Assembly: GCA_028824575.1 (NCBI GenBank)
Contig: JAPPDN010001023.1
Span: 25,347-89,346, forward strand
DNA length: 64,000 nucleotides
Origin: Candidatus Poribacteria bacterium
Lineage (GTDB): Bacteria > Poribacteria > WGA-4E > WGA-3G
Reading direction: 5' to 3'
Positions within the stretch are counted from its first letter, which is position 1, and each line of letters starts with the position of its first letter. The notes under the pieces were generated by a model. That model was not told the origin of the DNA, did not search any database, and saw only the letters and a program-made list of their open reading frames with translations. Positions 56,555 through 63,826 of the stretch are shown one piece after another. Position numbers and translations under genes: made by a program.

Positions 56555-57271
56555 AGTAGAATCTTTCTAAAAAGAGAAAGGCATTGCAGAGCGGGTATCC
56601 GGAGAATGCCGGTATATTTGATAGGCATCTAAAAATCTATATGGAGATGCAGTGCTATGCAGATACAAAGCGCGTGCATAGCACTCTCTGAAGTAAAAGA
56701 CATAATATTCAAAAGTGGTATCGCTTCGGTGTTTCGCTCCGCCACTGGCAGCAAAACGTTTCCGATCTAAGCAACAACCTCCGCCAAGAGGTTGGGGAGG
56801 AGGAACCATTCCCTTGAGAGGGAATTTGGCAGAGATTCCTCCACACCGAAGCTTAGATAGGGAGTGCCAAGAAAATAGCACTCAGAATGTCTGTCTCCAG
56901 AACATTCCATAGATAATTATACCCGACTTCTTGTGAAAAAGTCAAGAAGAAATATCTTTTTCCTTATAGTGATACTTACTGATATACTTAAAGACTTAAC
57001 TTTTATGCAGAAAACGTGCAAGATTGACAAAAATATGAAAAAAACTGAATTTATAGTAGGGTCAATAATTACTTGGACACTCTGATTGTAGCGCAAACTT
57101 TTAGTTTGCGTGCCACCCCCGCACAAACTAAAAGTTTATGCTACGAATGTTCACTTATTTTTCGGTTTTACTATAATTCTGAAGATCAGAGAAATCGAGG
57201 GGAAATGTGGAAGGGGGCATCTCACCGAGAAAATTGTTGGAAAGGCTTGCTCCGCAACACCGCTGCACGTG

Positions 57272-58093
57272 CTATGTTTGCTCGGAAATGGCTCTATCAA
57301 CCCTTAAACTCACTAAACTCATAACCAAATGCTTCGCTACAACGAAAACAACGAAATACATCCCTAAGAAAAAGATAATACTCGAAAAAAACGCCTCCAC
57401 ACACACTGATAACTGCAGTGAAACCCATACGGTCAGAAAACCAGTAATCGCATAATAAACGGGCGTTCTCGGAACACACGACACCAATTTCCCCAGCACA
57501 GTGAACACGCTCAATACCATAACCAGACGCACAAATCCATCCGGCTGCCACCCTAGCCAGTCCGACAGATACGTCAACCCAGAACTGACACCGATCAGGA
57601 GAAGCACGTTAAAGCATTGCTCAAGGAGTGCGGATTTCTCGAAATTTGACATCACAAAACTCTGGAAAAGCAACAACTTGTCGCGTTTTAGGGCGAATCT
57701 GAAAAAGAGGTACACCAGCACGGCTACCGAATACGGGAGGATGATGTTCAGCGCAAGGATCAACGGGGGAAAACTGAACGTCCCGTCCAGGCGTGTCAAT
57801 AGCGATCGCGGAAAGACCAGACATAACCCGCAAAGCAATTTTGAATCCCCAGGCGAGAAAATACCGAACCAATACACCCCAAACGCCATAAAACCGATCC
57901 CTAAAAAAAGCAACAACACATAAATCGGCGCTGTCATACGAAGATACCATGCCATCAATGTGCTCAACGTCCGCGCATGAAGCAGCCCCAGCGAACAAAC
58001 ATTGCGGATCCGCCCCGTCTTCAGGTCGGTATAACCCGCATACCCACGGAAAGTAGGGACTAACGATAGAAGAACGCTCTCGTAGTGTGACAT
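57272..58093 (-). CDS. A24-family (prepilin/TadV-CpaA-type) aspartyl peptidase-like membrane protein
   Basis: The start at MSHYESV has an AAGGAG RBS. First Asp motif YTDLKTGRIRN, second Asp motif IFSPGDSKLLCGL. Polytopic. Confidence 0.65.
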   Translation of the reverse strand: MSHYESVLLSLVPTFRGYAGYTDLKTGRIRNVCSLGLLHARTLSTLMAWYLRMTAPIYVLLLFLGIGFMAFGVYWFGIFSPGDSKLLCGLCLVFPRSLLTRLDGTFSFPPLILALNIILPYSVAVLVYLFFRFALKRDKLLLFQSFVMSNFEKSALLEQCFNVLLLIGVSSGLTYLSDWLGWQPDGFVRLVMVLSVFTVLGKLVSCVPRTPVYYAITGFLTVWVSLQLSVCVEAFFSSIIFFLGMYFVVFVVAKHLVMSLVSLRVDRAISEQT

Positions 58094-58308
58094 CGGTGTC
58101 TCCTTTTCATGAAACCTGTATGCCTCAACCCCGGTAGGTGCGATTTCATGAAGTTTCAAAAAATATTTCGGTAATTCTCTATTTCCCCCGACCCGGTAGG
58201 TGTGGTTTCTAACCGCACCGGCATCGTTGGGAAATTACCAAATTAATAAATTAATCTTCATTTAACCGCACCGGAGATTATTAGAAAATTACTTACCCGG
58301 ACCACGAG

Positions 58309-58581
58309 TCAAACGCATTTGTCTACCCACTCCCCATTGCATTCGGTCCCTTGCAGCGTTCCCTCACACACCTCTTCACAACTTTCCCACAAGTTACAGT
58401 CAAAGTCACTATCACACTCTTCTTTTCCAGAATCATAAGAATGTGCAGAAGGCGGCAGCAGGGCTTGCGCTAACAGCACGCTCCCACTTGCTATGCCTAA
58501 TACCAAGGGTGTTTTCAGACCGACACGTCCCTCTTCAGATGTCAGAAATTGCTTAATTTTTCCACGAAGTTTAGTTTTCAT
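58309..58581 (-). CDS. 90-aa peptide: Flp-like N-terminus plus acidic 6-cysteine C-terminal module
   Basis: ATG at 58581 with an AAGGAG RBS; the longer ORF-track form to 58827 has none. MKTKLRGKIKQFLTSEEGRVGLKTPLVLGIASGSVLLAQALLPPSAHS then YDSGKEECDSDFDCNLWESCEEVCEGTLQGTECNGEWVDKCV. Confidence 0.55.
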   Translation of the reverse strand: MKTKLRGKIKQFLTSEEGRVGLKTPLVLGIASGSVLLAQALLPPSAHSYDSGKEECDSDFDCNLWESCEEVCEGTLQGTECNGEWVDKCV

Positions 58582-58749
58582 CTCGAATTTCTCCTTTTTG
58601 TAATGTGCTATTATCAGGATGGGGCTCCTCACCACGATGGACGGAAACCCGTTGCCGGTGCTCATCGTATTGCACGTTGGAGTAAATCTACACGCTGGAA
58701 CGGGTAATAAAGTTTTCCAGGCGATACCCTTCAGTGCTTTAAACTTAAA

Positions 58750-58776
58750 GACACCGTTATAGGCGAAAAGGGTGCA
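58750..58776 (-). promoter_or_regulatory. Copy 2 of the promoter-like motif (minus strand, GGTGTC variant)
   Basis: The minus strand reads TGCACCCTT ttcgcctataac GGTGTC tttaagttt. It lies about 170 nt upstream of the 90-aa peptide gene. Confidence 0.4.
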
Positions 58777-58974
58777 TAGTGCTAAAAAAGTCTTAAAGGT
58801 TTTAATTCCGTTCACCGATCCCTCCACAGCGAATAACAGAAAAAATTCCGAAAAAACAGATACATTCTATGCTACACTCAAAGGCAATTAACATGCCGTG
58901 TGGGGCTCCGGAACAAAATTGAATTGGCGTTAAAATAAAAAAAATCTGCATTTCCTAAATATTTTTGATACAGA

Positions 58975-59001
58975 TGCACCCTTTTGAAAATAAATTGTGT
59001 C
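58975..59001 (+). promoter_or_regulatory. Copy 3 of the promoter-like motif
   Basis: TGCACCCTT ttgaaaataaat TGTGTC ttttaatt, 85 nt upstream of the ECF sigma fusion gene and divergent from copy 2. Confidence 0.45.
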
Positions 59002-59085
59002 TTTTAATTTTAAAGAGGGGTGGACTGCTCTTAAGATTTCGGATTTTAAGAGGGGTTCATTGACCAAAAAGATGGGAGAATTCTG

Positions 59086-62016
59086 ATGGTAGATAACGAC
59101 GTTCAACTGATTCGCAGAATTTTGTCGGGCGACGATGAAGCGTTCAGTACATTAATGCGGAAGCACCAAAAAGGCGTTCACGCGCTGATCTGGCGGAAAA
59201 TTGGGGACTTTCAAATCGCTGAGGAAATTACCCAAGATACCTTTATCCAGGTTTACAAAAAACTCGGGACCCTCGACGATCCCAAACGATTTTCCGGCTG
59301 GCTTTATGTCATCGCGAATCGCCTCTGTATTAATTGGCTCCAACGCGATAAGGTAAAAATGGATAAGTTGAATACACAATCCTTCGAGGATACACATCCA
59401 GAGGAAATAGAAGAGGCCTCTCACCTACACCATGCGTCACATCAACGTGAAGCTGAAGCCGAGAGTCGTCGACGGAATCTCGTAAAAACGCTTTTGGAGA
59501 AACTCCCGGAGAGCGAACGCACTGTCGTGACGCTTTACTTTCTCGGTGAAATGACGGCCAAAGAGATCGGCAATTTTTTAGGCGTATCCATCAACACAAT
59601 TAAGAGCCGACTCCGCCGGGCGCGCAAACGTCTCCAAGAAGAGGAAGCCTTGGTCCAAGAAACGCTTAGGGGTGTGCAATTGTCTGACAGTCTCACTGAG
59701 AATGTGATGCGACACATTGCCGAGCTGAGCCCACCCGCGCCACCCCCGTCTAAGAAACCCTTACTTCCTTTGGCGGCACTCGGTGCCGTAGCCGTCTTGG
59801 CGGTCCTCTTCGGTATCGGGGGGCAATATCTCCTCCGGTTTCAGGCACCATACAGTTTCGATGCCGACGCTGAGCCTACCATCGAAATCGTTGATGAACT
59901 CGTCTACCTTGAGATTCTCGCCAAACCCGCAGTGCGGAACCGGAGCGGCAGAACGATCGCACCCGGTGAAAACAGCGGTGCCGGGATGCAAACCGCCGAG
60001 CCTCACTTCACCGCAAACGCAGCGGACGACACGGGGGCCGACTCACAGTGGACACAGGCAATCGGCCCGACAGGCAGTATTGTCTACAATATCTTTGAAG
60101 CCGCTGACGGAACCCTCTACGCTGCCGCAAAAACAGGGCTCTATAAATTGACACCCGAGGCAACATGGGTGCTTCTTAACGCTGACATCCCGATTGGACA
60201 GTACCGAATCCCTATCACCGAGCACCACGGCACCCTCTATACCGTCTCCGCTGATGAAGTGTTGGCTTCAGAAAATGGGGGTGAGACTTGGGATGCCCTT
60301 GGCGCGCGCCCAAAGGGCATCGCGAATGGACTCATCATCACCGAGTCACCCGAGACAGAAGGTATCACCCTGTCCCTCGCCCTTCAAGAGAAAGGCATCT
60401 TCCGATCTACCGATACCGGTCAGCACTGGATGCCCCTCACCACCGGATTGACAGGGAAACGGATTTATACCCTCGCTGCCATCGGAAATACCTTATTCGC
60501 TGGCACCAACCAAGGCCTCTATCGGCTCGATTCAAACGAATGGCACCCATTGCTCACAGACGCAGCCGATGCCATCTACGCCGTGACCGTTGACGGAAGC
60601 GACCTGTATGTCGGAATGGGTCGAGATGTCGAGAGGTCGGTATCCAGGAGACTCAGGCGCCCTAAATCCATAGACAAAAGAATCTTCCACTCCGCGGATC
60701 TTGGAGCGTCATGGACGGACATAACGCCTATAGATGAATCCCAAGTGATGCATCTCGACTCCGGCCTACAGATTTTGGCTGTAGATAAAACGCTCTTCGT
60801 CCTCGGCGTAACCGAATTTCGATCCGGGGATGGCGGGAAAACCTGGACACGCCTCAGATCTAACATAAGTTCAAAGGACACATCGAGATTCCCAGCGATC
60901 GCTATCGATGCGAATACATTTTACAAAGTCGATCCGCACGGAATCAGCCGCACCACCGATGCCGGTGAGTCCTGGCACCCGCTTGTAAACGGGATGACAG
61001 GTCCCAGAACATACGACTTAATTGCCCTGAATCAGAGACTCTATATGCATATCGGTGGACACCTGGTCCACTCCACCGATGCCGGTCAGACCTGGCAACG
61101 CCTGCGCTTCAATACCGATGCGCCGACACCCACATTGGATCCCGATTTTTATGCACGCATAAGACTCACAACTGCCAATAATCGCCTCTATGGCATTTCA
61201 ATTGTGGAGAACAGACCGAGTCTTTTCCGAACATCCGATGCCGGAGATGAACTCATCCCCCTCCAAGGGGTCCCCGCTTTTGAACCCGAGCCACCCCCAG
61301 CCAGGGCAAGCGATAGGTTGCGTCTATCGAGAAAAGTAGGTTTAAGAATCAAAGCCTTCGCTGTCTGGGGTGAGACGTTTTACGCGAAATATCAGGAGAA
61401 ACTTTACAAATGGCACCCCGGAGATACCGAATGGACAGACACAGGACTTGCCGATCTCGACTTTCTATCTTCTATCTTGGCTGTTTCTGGGGAAACTGTC
61501 TACATCAGTAAGCCGTACGGTAAGCCGCGCGGAACATTGTTTCAATCTTTAGACGGCGGAGACTCTTGGAAAGACATCACTGCAAGGCTGCCGAGCGGAT
61601 CCACACGTTCTTTAGACGACGGAGATGTCTTGAAACACAAGGGCATACTGACGAGAAGCCACTTCACACGTTTTAAGGAGATGACCTTCATCGGTTCAGC
61701 CGTTTGTATCGCAACCGACACAGGTGTCCTCACCTCACACACCGGAGAACACTGGCGGGTTATCACAGATAAAAACCGGATGCCCATCGTCATAGAAAAA
61801 TTCGCTACAGACGGCACAACCCTCTACGGGGTCAGCAAGAACGGTGCCTACCGCTTCAATGCTGCCGGAGACTGGGAACTGATTTCCTCAGAGGTTCCCA
61901 ACGGTTCGATTCAATCTCTCGTTATCAGTAACAATCGACTTTACATCGCAACCTCCAGCGACGGCATATTCCACATCTCGCTTGAGGAGCAGATCGATAT
62001 CGCCAACTCGTTCTAA
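59086..62016 (+). CDS. ECF sigma-70 factor fused through one transmembrane helix to a large BNR/Asp-box beta-propeller ectodomain
   Basis: Sigma region 2 AEEITQDTFIQVYKKLGTLDDPKRFSGWLYVIANRLCINWLQR. Region 4 LPESERTVVTLYFLGEMTAKEIGNFLGVSINTIKSRLRRARKRL. TM LLPLAALGAVAVLAVLFGIGG. At least 7 Asp-boxes (SENGGETW, STDTGQHW, SADLGASW, SGDGGKTW, TTDAGESW, STDAGQTW, SLDGGDSW). Confidence 0.85.
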   Translation: MVDNDVQLIRRILSGDDEAFSTLMRKHQKGVHALIWRKIGDFQIAEEITQDTFIQVYKKLGTLDDPKRFSGWLYVIANRLCINWLQRDKVKMDKLNTQSFEDTHPEEIEEASHLHHASHQREAEAESRRRNLVKTLLEKLPESERTVVTLYFLGEMTAKEIGNFLGVSINTIKSRLRRARKRLQEEEALVQETLRGVQLSDSLTENVMRHIAELSPPAPPPSKKPLLPLAALGAVAVLAVLFGIGGQYLLRFQAPYSFDADAEPTIEIVDELVYLEILAKPAVRNRSGRTIAPGENSGAGMQTAEPHFTANAADDTGADSQWTQAIGPTGSIVYNIFEAADGTLYAAAKTGLYKLTPEATWVLLNADIPIGQYRIPITEHHGTLYTVSADEVLASENGGETWDALGARPKGIANGLIITESPETEGITLSLALQEKGIFRSTDTGQHWMPLTTGLTGKRIYTLAAIGNTLFAGTNQGLYRLDSNEWHPLLTDAADAIYAVTVDGSDLYVGMGRDVERSVSRRLRRPKSIDKRIFHSADLGASWTDITPIDESQVMHLDSGLQILAVDKTLFVLGVTEFRSGDGGKTWTRLRSNISSKDTSRFPAIAIDANTFYKVDPHGISRTTDAGESWHPLVNGMTGPRTYDLIALNQRLYMHIGGHLVHSTDAGQTWQRLRFNTDAPTPTLDPDFYARIRLTTANNRLYGISIVENRPSLFRTSDAGDELIPLQGVPAFEPEPPPARASDRLRLSRKVGLRIKAFAVWGETFYAKYQEKLYKWHPGDTEWTDTGLADLDFLSSILAVSGETVYISKPYGKPRGTLFQSLDGGDSWKDITARLPSGSTRSLDDGDVLKHKGILTRSHFTRFKEMTFIGSAVCIATDTGVLTSHTGEHWRVITDKNRMPIVIEKFATDGTTLYGVSKNGAYRFNAAGDWELISSEVPNGSIQSLVISNNRLYIATSSDGIFHISLEEQIDIANSF

Positions 62017-62142
62017 ACCTTCACCGCACCCCTACCCCCCGGTTCTTTTTTTCCCCGAATACGGGTGGCAATTCAGAATCGGGGGATTCCCAATTGCCAC
62101 TTGCCACCCGGCGATTGCTGCCGACTTCCATTTCTCAGAGTA

Positions 62143-62169
62143 TGCACCCTTTTGGACACAAAATGTGTC
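62143..62169 (+). promoter_or_regulatory. Copy 4 of the promoter-like motif
   Basis: TGCACCCTT ttggacacaaaa TGTGTC cttaaatt, upstream of repeat element R1 and the 134-aa ORF. Confidence 0.4.
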
Positions 62170-62292
62170 CTTAAATTATAAAAAGCAACGCGTAGATACG
62201 ACTTTAACGGCAAGCTCCGTTCGCGCGACGCGTAGAACCCTTTCATGGAGCTTACCTCACATTTACGAAAGTTTGGACAATTTGAGGATTTA

Positions 62293-62426
62293 TGGTGAAT
62301 TATATAAATAAGTTTACATTTACAAATCGTAGTCCCTTACCGAAACCGTGGAATTCCCCCCTGATAAGGGGGGTTAGGGGGGTTAGATGTTGTTGGATGC
62401 TGTCTAAGTAATTCTAAAATCTACCA
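62293..62426. repeat. 134-bp repeat element R1 (three invariant blocks, two variable spacers, imperfect terminal inverted repeats)
   Basis: Blocks are TGGTGAATTATATAAATAAGT, AATTCCCCCCTGATAAGGGGGGTTAGGGGGGTTA and TGTCTAAGTAATTCTAAAATCTACCA. All three are identical to R2 and have identical spacing (38-nt and 15-nt spacers). Confidence 0.8.
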
Positions 62427-62451
62427 TAAATACGAACAGAGGACTAAAAAC

Positions 62452-62856
62452 ATGGATTCAAACTATAGGTATAAAGATGCACGTCTGAAGCCTAAAATCG
62501 CCAAAGCCATCATCTTAGAACAGTTTGCCGGAAAAACCATGAGCAGACGAGAGATTGATGCTGCCGTTATCCAACACCATGAATCAAACGGAGGGCTTCC
62601 GTCAACGGCTAAGACAAACCCTATCAAAGCGGCGCTTAGATATTTAAAAGACAAGAATTTTGCCGAAAATGTTTCCAGCGGTTCAGGCAGCACGTGGCGA
62701 ATTTTTGAGAATCCCAAACCTGTTTCCGAACCCTTGGGTACCCAACGGCTTATCGAAATGATTAAAGCAGAAATCCAATATCTCACAACGCTGATGAAAT
62801 CCTTTGAACATCGAGTCGCCGAACTTGAAGCGATACTCACCAAAGAAAATCAATAG
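62452..62856 (+). CDS. Hypothetical protein (134 aa) with a C-terminal coiled coil
   Basis: GAGGA RBS. I recognise no family motif. The gene is flanked by R1 and R2. Confidence 0.5.
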   Translation: MDSNYRYKDARLKPKIAKAIILEQFAGKTMSRREIDAAVIQHHESNGGLPSTAKTNPIKAALRYLKDKNFAENVSSGSGSTWRIFENPKPVSEPLGTQRLIEMIKAEIQYLTTLMKSFEHRVAELEAILTKENQ

Positions 62857-62952
62857 TATTTCGCAAGAGCATCAGCTTATGGGGAGGTCCCTAATAGCCC
62901 GGCATCCTCCCCGCCTCCCTGTCCATATCCGTTACCACCGTTCTCCAATCCT

Positions 62953-63086
62953 TGGTGAATTATATAAATAAGTAGACTTATGCAAGTCAATGTATCCTGA
63001 GCAAGACCACTAATTCCCCCCTGATAAGGGGGGTTAGGGGGGTTAAGTCCTCATCTGTAATGTCTAAGTAATTCTAAAATCTACCA
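62953..63086. repeat. 134-bp repeat element R2
   Basis: It has the same three invariant blocks as R1, exactly 660 bp downstream of each R1 block. The spacers are the same length but only about 40% identical. Confidence 0.8.
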
Positions 63087-63129
63087 CTGTTGCTGTCCCG
63101 TGAGAGCTCAAGACGATTCTTCCGCAGTA

Positions 63130-63156
63130 TGCACCCTTTTCGCCCAAAGTTGTGTC
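63130..63156 (+). promoter_or_regulatory. Copy 5 of the promoter-like motif
   Basis: TGCACCCTT ttcgcccaaagt TGTGTC cttaattg, about 50 nt upstream of the ECF sigma gene start. Confidence 0.45.
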
Positions 63157-63208
63157 CTTAATTGTAAAAGGGAGTAACACTTTATACACTGACATTCGGG
63201 AGGCAAAT

Positions 63209-63826
63209 ATGAAGGCGACTTTAACGGAACGTGGAAAACTCGATTGTCTTGATGAGCCCCAACTCATCACGCGAATTCAGAAGGGCGATACAGAGGCGTT
63301 TACGCCTATCGTGCTTATGTATCGAGAAAGAATCTATAAACTGATTTACCGATGGGTTCACCACCACGAAACAGCGGAGGATCTCTGCCAAGAAGTATTC
63401 CTGAAAGCCTGGCAGGCGTTGCCGGGGTTCAGAGGCGGCTCTTTAATCTATAGTTGGCTCTACCGAATTGCTGTCAATTGCTGTAAAGATTTCTTGCGCA
63501 GCCAACGTAAACAAATTGTATTTGCGTGTGAGGCACTCCCCGATAACCCAGATGATGTGATCCGAACAACACGGATGCACCCCAGTCCAGATGAAATCCT
63601 TGAAAAGGAGGAACTCAGAAGCATCGTAAGCGAGTGTGTGCGTCAACTTCCGTCTCCCCAGCGCCGCGTTTTTTATCTCCATTACCGAGAGGGGTACTCG
63701 ATAAAAGAGATCGCCGCACACTTGAAAAAGCCGGAAGGTACCATTAAATCGCACTTATATCACGCCCGTCAAAAGCTCCAGCACATGCTACGACCTTACC
63801 TAACACACGAGGAGACACTCCCATGA
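63209..63826 (+). CDS. ECF (RpoE-like) sigma-70 family factor
   Basis: The start at MKATLTE has a GGGAGG RBS. Region 2 AEDLCQEVFLKAWQALPGFRGGSLIYSWLYRIAVNCCKDFLRS. Region 4 LPSPQRRVFYLHYREGYSIKEIAAHLKKPEGTIKSHLYHARQKL. Confidence 0.9.
   Translation: MKATLTERGKLDCLDEPQLITRIQKGDTEAFTPIVLMYRERIYKLIYRWVHHHETAEDLCQEVFLKAWQALPGFRGGSLIYSWLYRIAVNCCKDFLRSQRKQIVFACEALPDNPDDVIRTTRMHPSPDEILEKEELRSIVSECVRQLPSPQRRVFYLHYREGYSIKEIAAHLKKPEGTIKSHLYHARQKLQHMLRPYLTHEETLP

Noticed and set aside
58582-58827. Longer 172-aa form of the ORF containing the 6-Cys peptide
   Set aside because: There is no RBS at 58827, and the promoter-like motif (58750-58776) would lie inside it. The internal ATG at 58581 has an AAGGAG RBS, and its product aligns from residue 1 with the 64-aa paralogue.
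62368-62385. Telomere-like TTAGGG(GGG) repeats or a G-quadruplex in the repeat element
   Set aside because: Only two G-runs are present per copy, which is not enough for a canonical four-tract G4. The first G-run is already paired with the upstream C6 in a hairpin. I report it only as part of the repeat-element finding.
62293-63613. Interpretation of the 660-bp periodicity of R1/R2 as a tandem gene duplication
   Set aside because: The sequences between and after the repeats are unrelated: a 134-aa hypothetical gene versus an ECF sigma gene. Only the 134-bp element is duplicated.
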